64,000 nt of DNA from positions 44,210-108,209 of the forward strand of contig JADJTW010000014.1 in NCBI GenBank assembly GCA_016710965.1, written 5' to 3'. A model generated the notes under the pieces. It saw nothing but the letters and a program-made list of their open reading frames with translations. It was not told where the DNA came from and did no database searches. Both the position numbers and the translations under genes were made by a program. Position 1 is the first letter of the stretch. Every line of letters starts with the position of its first letter. Below, piece after piece: positions 27,348-35,843 of the stretch. Source of the stretch: Flavobacteriales bacterium. Lineage in GTDB: Bacteria; Bacteroidota; Bacteroidia; Flavobacteriales_F; PHOS-HE28.

Positions 27348-28698
27348 AGGCCTCGCTCAACGCCTGAAGATCGAGTCCGCCGAAGTTGCCGCTGCTCATC
27401 ATCAGCAGCACACTGTCGCCACCGATGCCTTCGCGTACCGCACCCATCACCGCGATGGGATCGTTGAGCACCAGCAGATCGGCGCGGCCGAATGCGCTCC
27501 TGACCCTTTCGGTGGGCACCGGCGGCAGGCGCTTGAGTTGTACCGCATGCGGATCGTAGAAGACGATGGCGGTATCGGCGCTATCCATGCTGCCGGCGTA
27601 TTGGTCCAGGAAACCTTCGCTGAGGCTGCTGTAGGTATGCAGTTCCATGCACGCCACCAACCGCCGCTGGGGGAACTGCTCGCGCACAGCTTCCAGCGTC
27701 GCCTTCAGCTTGCTCGGCGAGTGGGCAAAGTCCTTGAAGACGCTGCGACCTGGCACCTCGGCCAGCTTCTCCAAGCGTCGAGCGGCGCCATGAAAGGTCC
27801 GCATCGCCGTGTAGAACTCCTTGTCGCCGATACCCAGGAGATGGCACACATGCCGCGCGCCTTCGAGGTTCTGTAGGTTGTGGCGACCGAAGACCTGTAA
27901 TGGAACATCGCCGTGGCCGGTCTCCAATACCGTGACCCCATCGTCGATGCGATGCCCGGGAACTCCGTATGGGATCTTCGTTGCACCCGCATCTGGTTCG
28001 AGCGCAAGCTTCTTCACTTCATCGTCCTCAGCGCAGTACACCAATTTACCACCGGGCTCGATCAGCGCAATGAACTTGCGGAATTGATCCACATAGCTCT
28101 CGAAGGTCTTGAAGACGTTGATGTGGTCCCACGCGATGCCACTGATCAACGCGATATCCGGCTTGTAGAGGTGGAACTTGGGAACGGGCTCCAGCGCAGA
28201 GGCGAGGTATTCATCCCCTTCGATGATCGCCACCTTGCTCGTGTCGCTCAGCTTCACCATGCAGTCGAAGCCATCGAGTTGTGCACCTACGAGGTAGTCG
28301 AACTCCACCCCGGCATGGCGCAGCACATGCACGATCATGCTCGTGATCGTCGTCTTGCCGTGACTGCCACCGATCACCACGCGGGTCTTGGTGCGCGTGC
28401 GCTCGTAGAAGTATGAGGGATAGCTGAAGACGGGGATGCCCAACTCTTGCGCGCTCAGCAATTCGGGGTTGTCGATGCGGGCATGCATGCCCAGGATCAC
28501 CGCGTCGATATCGGTGGTGATGTCCTCTGGTCGCCAGCCGAGCTTGTCGGGAAGGAGGCCCAAGCGATCCAAGCGACTGCGGCTGGGCTCGAAGATCTCA
28601 TCGTCGCTGCCAGTGACATCGAAGCCCTGGCGGTGCAAGGCGATGGCCAGATTGTGCATGGCACTGCCGCCAATGGCGATGAAATGGACGCGCTTCAT
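27337..28698 (-). CDS. mpl: UDP-N-acetylmuramate:L-alanyl-gamma-D-glutamyl-meso-diaminopimelate ligase (Mur-ligase family, peptidoglycan recycling)
   Basis: 453 aa. MKRVHFIAIGGSAMHNLAIALHRQGFDVTGSDD..., P-loop VIGGSHGKTTITSMI, and Mur ligase middle and C-terminal regions. Confidence 0.8.
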   Translation of the reverse strand: MKRVHFIAIGGSAMHNLAIALHRQGFDVTGSDDEIFEPSRSRLDRLGLLPDKLGWRPEDITTDIDAVILGMHARIDNPELLSAQELGIPVFSYPSYFYERTRTKTRVVIGGSHGKTTITSMIVHVLRHAGVEFDYLVGAQLDGFDCMVKLSDTSKVAIIEGDEYLASALEPVPKFHLYKPDIALISGIAWDHINVFKTFESYVDQFRKFIALIEPGGKLVYCAEDDEVKKLALEPDAGATKIPYGVPGHRIDDGVTVLETGHGDVPLQVFGRHNLQNLEGARHVCHLLGIGDKEFYTAMRTFHGAARRLEKLAEVPGRSVFKDFAHSPSKLKATLEAVREQFPQRRLVACMELHTYSSLSEGFLDQYAGSMDSADTAIVFYDPHAVQLKRLPPVPTERVRSAFGRADLLVLNDPIAVMGAVREGIGGDSVLLMMSSGNFGGLDLQALSEAFIA

Positions 28699-28816
28699 GT
28701 GGGCATGTGTTCATGTGCTCATGCGGCCATGCCCATGAACGTGCGCCAAAGATCCGTTCGACTGCTCGAAGCGCGCTCGACTCGCCAGACGATCTTGAAC
28801 GAAGCGGTGTGGAATG

Positions 28817-28972
28817 CTAAGGCTTCACCAGAACCACCTTCCCGTCGATCCACTCCACTACCGGGGTGCCATGCATCTTGGCCGTCTTGCATGCGGCACG
28901 GTAGGCGCGCTTCAGTGCCCGCTCAACCGACTTGGCGAACTCTGTCTTTGGAACGAGGCGCTTTTCAGCCAT
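28817..28972 (-). CDS. Unlisted 51-codon ORF overlapping the 3' end of the zeta-like gene (candidate cognate antitoxin/partner)
   Basis: Manual translation: MAEKRLVPKTEFAKSVERALKRAYRAACKTAKMHGTPVVEWIDGKVVLVKP. Its ATG (complement 28970-28972) overlaps the upstream gene's TGA (28965-28967) by 8 nt. It is below the length cutoff of the ORF track. Confidence 0.4.
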   Translation of the reverse strand: MAEKRLVPKTEFAKSVERALKRAYRAACKTAKMHGTPVVEWIDGKVVLVKP

Positions 28973-29486
28973 TGGATTGATCGATCAGTTTGGGGATCCG
29001 GCCTTGGTTGTCATACACAGCCCATGAATCGACCGTGCTCTTGTACGCGGCCTCGAAATTACGCCAACCACGTTTGAAACGCCTTCTTACATCGACAGCA
29101 GGCACATGATGGCCTCCCTGCCGAACACGCTGGGCCACGCGATCCAAAGCCATTTCGACGGTTGGAAGTTTCAGAAACACCAGTTCGATCCGGTATCCGC
29201 TTGTTCTCCACTTCCGCATTCGACCCAAATAGGTCAACCCGCTCATCGTCGTCTCGAAAGCAAAGTCCTCACGTGCATCAGCAAGCCTATCCAACTCCTT
29301 GAGCAGGATCCGGGCGGCGGCAACTTGCGCGGCGGGAGGGTCCAGTGGCGATAGTCCCGCCGCGATCAGGTCCGCGTTCACGAAATGCAGGATTCCCGCT
29401 TCGTTCGGAAGGAATTCCCGTGCAAAGGTGGTCTTGCCCGCGCCGTTCGGTCCGGCGATCACGATCACTCTAGGCCTCTTCGCCAT
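28965..29486 (-). CDS. Zeta-toxin-like P-loop kinase/ATPase (COG4185-type)
   Basis: 173 aa. Walker A in RVIVIAGPNGAGKTTFAREFL, then FVNADLIA..., FAFETTMSG and IELVFLKLPTVEMALDRVAQRVRQGGHHVP, a layout typical of zeta-toxin/AAA_33-like small kinases. Confidence 0.75.
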   Translation of the reverse strand: MAKRPRVIVIAGPNGAGKTTFAREFLPNEAGILHFVNADLIAAGLSPLDPPAAQVAAARILLKELDRLADAREDFAFETTMSGLTYLGRMRKWRTSGYRIELVFLKLPTVEMALDRVAQRVRQGGHHVPAVDVRRRFKRGWRNFEAAYKSTVDSWAVYDNQGRIPKLIDQSNG

Positions 29487-29701
29487 GGCTCAAGGTTACG
29501 ATGCGACCGTTGACGTACGCCCTCCGACCGCAACCTGTACAGGTGACCCCGTTGCCGTGTGATCCGAACACCGATAGCATCCATCAGTAGAGGCCGTTCG
29601 CAGGAAATAGACTAATGCCCCAAAGCCGTCGTTGTGTCTCCTGTCTGCGCAACCCGACCCTGCCTTGCACAACCTCCTCCGCCTGCACGCCCACCAGAAC
29701 C

Positions 29702-30676
29702 ATGAGCCCGCGCACCATCTTCCTCACGCTGGACCTGTTCGGTGCCATGGCCGCAGCGGGCCAAGCGGAGGACACGAGCGCAACGGAGGCGGATACTGTG
29801 CCCGCCGCGATCCTAGCACCAGAACCCGCGACGAATGACGTGTCGAACGCAACGCGAGTGAGCATCACCCCGGAGGAGCCCCGCCCCTTCTTCTCGCTAC
29901 CAACCTATCGCATCAGTGTTGGCGCCAGCTTCGACTTCTTCGAGAAGTTCAAGGCCAACAACATCTACGGCGACCTCATCATCGACCTGCCGGAGGTGCT
30001 ACGCACCAAGCGATCCACCTGCGGCTTCCTCGGCGGCATCTATCAGGTGCGCAGCGTCACGGTGGACTCCTTCATCCCCGAGCAGTTGTACATGGTCTCC
30101 AGCACGCCGCTGGCGAGCTTCCACTGGGAAGAAGGCGGCGACAGTGCCATCGTGCATGCCTCATCTGCCGGGGGCGTGAAGAAGCTGGTGACGGACAATC
30201 AATGCTTCTTCGCCACGCTCTACCGGCCGTGGTACCTCGCCGAGGGAACACCGGGCTCCAGCGGCCTGTACCACCTCTTCTATTTCGGATTGCTCAACCG
30301 CCGCGACCGGGTGACAGAGAGCTACACGAGCACTTCGGATGATGCCATCTTCATCAGCGAACGACCGGACCTGCCCCCACTGCCGCGCGACCGGCAATAC
30401 ACCGAAGTGCGCACGGACATGCTCATCGGTTTCGGGCAGATGCTGCGTCACGAGTTCGACGATTTCGCCCTGCAGTGCTACGGCACCATCACCGGCATGC
30501 CATCGCCCTGGCGCGCAGGCTTCATCATGTCGTTCACAGCCGTGGGCTCGCGCTCGGGCCTGATCGCCGGTGCAGAGATCCGCATGGACCCGCTTGTGGG
30601 CACCGAGCAGTACAACGTCTTCCTTGCCAAGACCTTCAAGCTGGCCGAGATGGCGCGCTTGATTACGAGCTACTGA
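29702..30676 (+). CDS. Hypothetical secreted (possibly outer-membrane) protein
   Basis: Likely start MSPRTIFLTLDLFGAMAAAGQAED at 29702 within the 29615 ORF. No motif recognised. Confidence 0.55.
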   Translation: MSPRTIFLTLDLFGAMAAAGQAEDTSATEADTVPAAILAPEPATNDVSNATRVSITPEEPRPFFSLPTYRISVGASFDFFEKFKANNIYGDLIIDLPEVLRTKRSTCGFLGGIYQVRSVTVDSFIPEQLYMVSSTPLASFHWEEGGDSAIVHASSAGGVKKLVTDNQCFFATLYRPWYLAEGTPGSSGLYHLFYFGLLNRRDRVTESYTSTSDDAIFISERPDLPPLPRDRQYTEVRTDMLIGFGQMLRHEFDDFALQCYGTITGMPSPWRAGFIMSFTAVGSRSGLIAGAEIRMDPLVGTEQYNVFLAKTFKLAEMARLITSY

Positions 30677-30716
30677 CGGACGGCGTTCACGAGGGCAGCT
30701 ACTTTCACGCCCTTCG

Positions 30717-31967
30717 ATGATTGCAGCCAGCCGCCTCCTGCAAAGGCCCATCGCGTGGGTCCTGCTGACAGTGGGCGCGCACCTGGTAGCCATCGCACTG
30801 CTGCCGCATGCCTGGTCGTATGATATGAAGGCTTGGTTGCGCGTAGCGGACTTCATGCGTATGGGGCTGAATCCGTACGAGCACACCGGGCACTTGAACT
30901 GGCCGCCGCTGTGGCCCACCATCATCTTCCTTCTGGACCGGATCGCGACAGGGATGCAGATCCCGCTGGAGCGTTGCATCCAGGGCTTCCTCATCGGTGT
31001 GGATGTGCTCAACGTCCTTCTGCTGCGACGGCTCGCGCTCCGGAACGGGACCGCACTGCCCTTCACGACACCGTTGCTGCTCGGCCTGGCGCTGAACCCG
31101 ATCCCCATCCTGCAGGCGGTGATGCACTGCAACTTCGATGCGATCGTGGGCACATGGATGATCCTGATGATCGGGGCGTTCTGGCGATATGTCCTGAGCG
31201 GGTTGGACCGGGATTGGCTGCTCGCTTGCTTCCTCCTCGGCATGGGCGTGCTCACCAAGACCATCCCGTTGATCCTTCTTCCGCTCGCGCTAGTGGTTCT
31301 GCGACAACCCCGGCTTACGGTCCTCTTGCGCGGCGTCGTGCTCGCAGTCGCTCCGGTGCTCGCCGGGATCCTTCCGCTGATGATCGCGCACCACGGCAGC
31401 ATCATCGACAATGTGATCACCTATCGCGGCTATGCGGGCTGGTACGGCATCACGGGCCTGTTGCCCTTCATCGGCGCAGCACCGCTCCAACACCTCTATG
31501 CGTCCGTGTCCCCATTGCTCATGGGAACCGCAGCGCTGGCGGTGGCGTGGCGTGCGCGCAGCAGAGGTGGAATGGACCGTCCAACCATCCTTCGAGCGAC
31601 GTTGTTGTGCCTCCTTTGCATCACGCTCCTGGGCCCCGGCTATGCGCCGCAGTACATCGGATGGACCCTTCCGCTGCTCGTGCTACTGTACTGGGTCGGC
31701 CGTGATAGCGAACGCCGCTTGTTGAAGGCTGCGCTCGTCGTATTCACCCTCACCTACCTCGTGGAATATGCGCTGATCCCATCTCATGGCGCCTTCCTCA
31801 CCAAGATCACCGACGTTGATGCGGTCGCTCGGTGGAGCGAGGCGTTGGTGATGCCAGCAGCGCAAACACTATTGCGCCTGCCGCTTTTCCTTTGCCAGAT
31901 CCTGCTCTCTGTTCTGCTCTGGCGGAACCTGCGCGCACCTGCATCGACCAATCCCATTCCAGCATGA
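30717..31967 (+). CDS. Polytopic membrane protein, GT-C-like glycosyltransferase (DUF2029/PMT-like)
   Basis: 416 aa with more than 10 hydrophobic helices. The N-terminal loop AWSYDMKAWLRVADFMRMGLNPYEHTGHLNWPPLWP resembles the first periplasmic loop of GT-C/DUF2029 enzymes (from memory). Confidence 0.55.
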   Translation: MIAASRLLQRPIAWVLLTVGAHLVAIALLPHAWSYDMKAWLRVADFMRMGLNPYEHTGHLNWPPLWPTIIFLLDRIATGMQIPLERCIQGFLIGVDVLNVLLLRRLALRNGTALPFTTPLLLGLALNPIPILQAVMHCNFDAIVGTWMILMIGAFWRYVLSGLDRDWLLACFLLGMGVLTKTIPLILLPLALVVLRQPRLTVLLRGVVLAVAPVLAGILPLMIAHHGSIIDNVITYRGYAGWYGITGLLPFIGAAPLQHLYASVSPLLMGTAALAVAWRARSRGGMDRPTILRATLLCLLCITLLGPGYAPQYIGWTLPLLVLLYWVGRDSERRLLKAALVVFTLTYLVEYALIPSHGAFLTKITDVDAVARWSEALVMPAAQTLLRLPLFLCQILLSVLLWRNLRAPASTNPIPA

Positions 31968-32758
31968 CCCTTCACCCCATCGACACCGGTTTCTTCAAGC
32001 TCGACGGCGGCGCCATGTTCGGTGTTGTGCCCAAGACGCTATGGAGCAAGCATCACCCGCCCGACCAGCGCAACCTATGCACATGGGCCATGCGCTGCCT
32101 TCTGGTGGAGCATGAGGGTCGACTGGTGCTCATCGACAACGGGCTGGGTGACAAGCAGGACGCGCGCTTCTTCAGCTACTACGAACCGCATGGCGATGAC
32201 ACGCTCACCGGTTCGTTGAAGAAGCTAGGCTGCGGCCCCGATGAGATCACCGATGTATTCCTCAGCCATCTCCACTTCGACCATTGCGGCGGCTCGATCA
32301 CGTGGAACAGCGCCCGCGACGGATACGAGCCGGCCTTCAAGAACGCGACCTATTGGAGCAACGAGCACCACTGGGCTTGGGCCACCCGACCGAACGCGCG
32401 GGAGAAGGCCAGCTTCCTGCAGGAGAACATCCTGCCCATCATGGAAAGCGGGCAATTGCGGTTCGTCCCTCTTGCACGCGAAACGCCGACGGCCAATACC
32501 ATCACGAAGGACTTCCTGCCGGGTTTCGATATCCTCTCCGTCAACGGCCATACCGATGCGATGATGGTCCCGCACCTGAGCTACAAGGGCCGAACAGTCT
32601 GTTTCGTAGCCGATCTGCTCCCCAGCGTGCATCACATCCCTGTGGCATGGGTGATGGCCTATGACACACGCCCATTGCTCACCCTCACCGAGAAGGCAGC
32701 GTTCCTCGAACGTGCCGCAGACGAACAATTCGTGCTCTTCCTCGAGCATGATCCGTGA
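31964..32758 (+). CDS. MBL-fold metallo-hydrolase
   Basis: Start MTLHPIDTGFFKLDGGAMFGVVPK at 31964, with an ATGA overlap with the preceding gene's stop. HxHxDH motif in VFLSHLHFDHCGG. Confidence 0.8.
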   Translation: MTLHPIDTGFFKLDGGAMFGVVPKTLWSKHHPPDQRNLCTWAMRCLLVEHEGRLVLIDNGLGDKQDARFFSYYEPHGDDTLTGSLKKLGCGPDEITDVFLSHLHFDHCGGSITWNSARDGYEPAFKNATYWSNEHHWAWATRPNAREKASFLQENILPIMESGQLRFVPLARETPTANTITKDFLPGFDILSVNGHTDAMMVPHLSYKGRTVCFVADLLPSVHHIPVAWVMAYDTRPLLTLTEKAAFLERAADEQFVLFLEHDP

Positions 32759-32900
32759 ACCAATGCTGCACCGTGGAGAAGACCGAGAAGGGCATACGGC
32801 TGAAGGAGGTGTTCCCTTTGAGCGCGATCTGATCGCCGGACAAGGAGCGGGAACATTCATACGTGAGCGATCCGCCAAGCTCATCGGAGATGCATCCTCC

Positions 32901-35078
32901 TCAACGCTCCAGGATGAAGGCTCCCTGAGCGCCTATGTCATGGCAGTAAAGACCACGAGCATTGCATCGCTCGCGCGCGAGCCTGCGCGCCCTCCAGGGC
33001 ACACCTCCTGCGAGGACAAGTCGCTGAGTCGATGCCAGGAGGCGATCGAGCTGCGCCTCGTCAAGGTAGCCGGTGTCGTGCAGCACGATGGCATCGAAGC
33101 GGTCCGCGCTGCGCACCTGTGCGGGTGATTCACCGGTGCTGAAGAGCACATCGTACCGGTGCGAGCGCCAGCGCCCGTATCCGAAGCACGAGGAACCTGT
33201 CCGATGCACGGTGTCCGACCGAGAAGAGATCAAGGCTTGCGCATGCACTGCATCGATGCCCAATGCTCGTCGGTGCCGATCGATCTTCAATAGTGCGCGC
33301 TCGCTGGTCAACATGCTGTCTGTAGTGCTCATCACATCCAGTGTGCGACCATGGAGCATGGCAGCCAGGACGCCATCGCGTTCGTCGTACACCACGAATG
33401 CTGCACGTTCATGCGAATCATGGGCGGACAGTCCCCACGAGCAGAGCAACAGAGCGAGCACCATGCCTGTTGCCCATCGCATGCTGCCCCATCTCCAGAG
33501 CCACCACGCCCCCAAGGCCGAGACGAGTGCGAAGAGCAGCACCATGTCGGCGAACGAAGCGCGCACGGCAGGATAGGCACCGGGCAGCGAGGCGAAGACT
33601 CCGGTGGACCATCCGACGAATCGCAGCAACTGCTCGAGGCCCCACGCCAACGCTTCTCCGACGTACGGCAGCTTGTGCAAGGCAATCAAGGCTACCCCGC
33701 CATAGACGGCAAAACCCGCTGCTGCCACCACCACGATGTTGGCCGGCAGGAACCAAACGGGGAATGCCTTGAAGGCGAAAAGCGACAGGGGTGTCGTGAA
33801 CGCCTGTGCCGAGAGCGAGATGGCCGCCAGGGACCACACCTGTCGCAGCAGCCCATTCGATGGAGACCACAAAGCTTGAAGGGGCCGTAGGAAGAGCACG
33901 ATCCCCAGGACCGCGAGGAAGGAGAGTTGGAACCCGACATGGTGCAGCATGGCAGGATCCCAGAGCAAGAGCGCAATGGCCGCGCCGCACAGGCTGTTGA
34001 AGTGCTCAGTCCTCATGCGCACAAGCCCGGCCAGGATGAAGATGCTGAACATGACCGTGGCGCGCAGAACGCTGGGCGAGGCGCCAGTGAGACCCGCATA
34101 GCACCAGAGCGCGAGCAACAGCACCAGAGCGCGTGCCCATCGCGCACGCGCATGCTGTCCCCACCAACCGGTGATGGAACTGAGCGCCATGAAAATGAGC
34201 CCCACATGCATGCCCGATACCGCCAGCACGTGTATGGTGCCGCTGCGAGCGAAGGCATTCTTCTGCTCACCATCAAGCTCATCGCGCTCGCCCAGGATGA
34301 GCGCCTTCACCAACGCACGCTCCCGCACTGGCAGCCCGCTCTCCTTCAACCACTTCCCCACGCGTTCCCGCGCAGCTGCGAACACATCCGTCCATTGGTA
34401 CGGGTGATCGAGATAGATGCGATCGCCCGCGCCGACGAATGCCTCCCACGTGATGCCCCTGCTCGCGGCCCAACCCTGGCGATCGAATCCGCCCGGGTCA
34501 GCGATGCGCGCAATGGGCTCCACCGTTGCACGCAGGATCAAGCGATCGCCTACGCGAAGTGGATCGCTCTCCAGAGAACGCATCATGCTCAGCATCACCT
34601 TGCCATGGACGGGAGCAGCGACCCCTAAGCCTGTGGCCCTGGCGATCAACGATGCGTCGGCGCGAAGGAGCTTGGGCGTGATGCCGTTGATCGCATCGAC
34701 GCGGACCAGCCACGTTGCGCTCATTTCACGTGCATGCGAAACATGCCGGGGATCGCTCTCCGGCAGACGTACCACCTGCCAGAAGAGACCGAAGGAGAAG
34801 AACCAGAGGAACAACAGCAGTCCGCGCTGCCAGCGCGAAACACGGAGGGCCGGCAACGCCATCACCACAATCACAAGGGGCGTCATGGCCAGCAGCCAGT
34901 AACTTGCCTGAGGCACCGTAGGCAGGAATCGCCATGCCATCAGCAACCCGGCTACGAAAGGGAGGGCCACGCGCAGCATCGGTGCCCGTCGGGCGGCGAT
35001 CCAAGGGCCGTGCAGATCGACGACGATCATTCCCGTGCCGGGATCCGTCATGCGTAGCGCGGCCACTTCGATCAGCAA
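32901..35078 (-). CDS. comEC: ComEC/Rec2-family DNA internalisation channel protein
   Basis: 725-aa ORF (alternative start MLRVALPFVAGLLMAW at complement 34979). Polytopic competence domain (AFARSGTIHVLAVSGMHVGLIF...GASPSVLRATVMF). Confidence 0.85.
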   Translation of the reverse strand: MLIEVAALRMTDPGTGMIVVDLHGPWIAARRAPMLRVALPFVAGLLMAWRFLPTVPQASYWLLAMTPLVIVVMALPALRVSRWQRGLLLFLWFFSFGLFWQVVRLPESDPRHVSHAREMSATWLVRVDAINGITPKLLRADASLIARATGLGVAAPVHGKVMLSMMRSLESDPLRVGDRLILRATVEPIARIADPGGFDRQGWAASRGITWEAFVGAGDRIYLDHPYQWTDVFAAARERVGKWLKESGLPVRERALVKALILGERDELDGEQKNAFARSGTIHVLAVSGMHVGLIFMALSSITGWWGQHARARWARALVLLLALWCYAGLTGASPSVLRATVMFSIFILAGLVRMRTEHFNSLCGAAIALLLWDPAMLHHVGFQLSFLAVLGIVLFLRPLQALWSPSNGLLRQVWSLAAISLSAQAFTTPLSLFAFKAFPVWFLPANIVVVAAAGFAVYGGVALIALHKLPYVGEALAWGLEQLLRFVGWSTGVFASLPGAYPAVRASFADMVLLFALVSALGAWWLWRWGSMRWATGMVLALLLCSWGLSAHDSHERAAFVVYDERDGVLAAMLHGRTLDVMSTTDSMLTSERALLKIDRHRRALGIDAVHAQALISSRSDTVHRTGSSCFGYGRWRSHRYDVLFSTGESPAQVRSADRFDAIVLHDTGYLDEAQLDRLLASTQRLVLAGGVPWRARRLARERCNARGLYCHDIGAQGAFILER

Positions 35079-35181
35079 GGGCTCGCACGCTCCGAACCGG
35101 CGTGCTGAAGATATGCCGGGCGCTCCACGTGGCCGCTACCAGCCCGTCGAAGGCTGCATGCTGATCATGCGGGCACCGTGA

Positions 35182-35661
35182 TCAGTCGCGCTCCTCCTCC
35201 TCTTCCATCGCATCAGATCCGGGCTCCTCGGTGCCTAGGGTGGCATTGAACCATGCGATGAGTTCCTGCTTCTCAGCGGCGCTCAACTGTGCATGGCCGT
35301 GCATGCGCGCATAATTCCCTGGCGGCATCTCGCCCTCGGCGATGCTCTCACCGCACTCACGCGCCTCTTCCCGCCCGGCTTGGGCGGTCCATGCGGAGAA
35401 GTTCAAGTGCTCCCGTCCTTCTTCGATGTGATGCTCGATCACGAAGTTCACTGGTGTGATGTAGGCCCACGCTGGATAGTCCGTTGCGTAGCTGTGGCAG
35501 TCGTAGCACGCGCCCATGACGAGCTTCCGGATGCCGGGTGGCGCGTTCGACATGGCCAGCATATCATCCGCAGGATCGATGACCGGAACAGAGCGGTCGG
35601 GCTGGAAGAACTGCGCCACCGCGAAGAGCAGCGCGAGCACGAGGAGGATGCGTTTGATCAT
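35182..35661 (-). CDS. Haem-binding-domain protein (Haem_bd family, single CxxCH)
   Basis: 159 aa. Membrane anchor MIKRILLVLALLFAVAQFF, CYDCHS motif, and HLNFSAW...GEMPPGNYARMH typical of this family. Confidence 0.8.
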   Translation of the reverse strand: MIKRILLVLALLFAVAQFFQPDRSVPVIDPADDMLAMSNAPPGIRKLVMGACYDCHSYATDYPAWAYITPVNFVIEHHIEEGREHLNFSAWTAQAGREEARECGESIAEGEMPPGNYARMHGHAQLSAAEKQELIAWFNATLGTEEPGSDAMEEEEERD

Positions 35662-35843
35662 GATCGGGTGTCGAGCGAAAGGTAAGAGGTGAAGAAAGGT
35701 CCTGCCTGATGCCGATCAGTTGGCAAGGCGCATTGCCGATGCGTGCGCGGTTCCGTTCGATCGAAGAAGCGGCTCGCAACCCTTCGCCAAGCCATCGCTC
35801 TGTCCGAGTCAGCTATGTTTGTCGCAAAGGCCCCACCACCTTC

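Noticed and set aside
29465-29584. 39-codon ORF upstream of the zeta-like gene (MDAIGVRITRQRGHLYRLRSEGVRQRSHRNLEPWRRGLE), considered as a canonical upstream antitoxin.
   Set aside because: It is extremely Arg-rich, overlaps the toxin start out of frame, and looks like a chance frame. The downstream 51-codon ORF is a better partner candidate.
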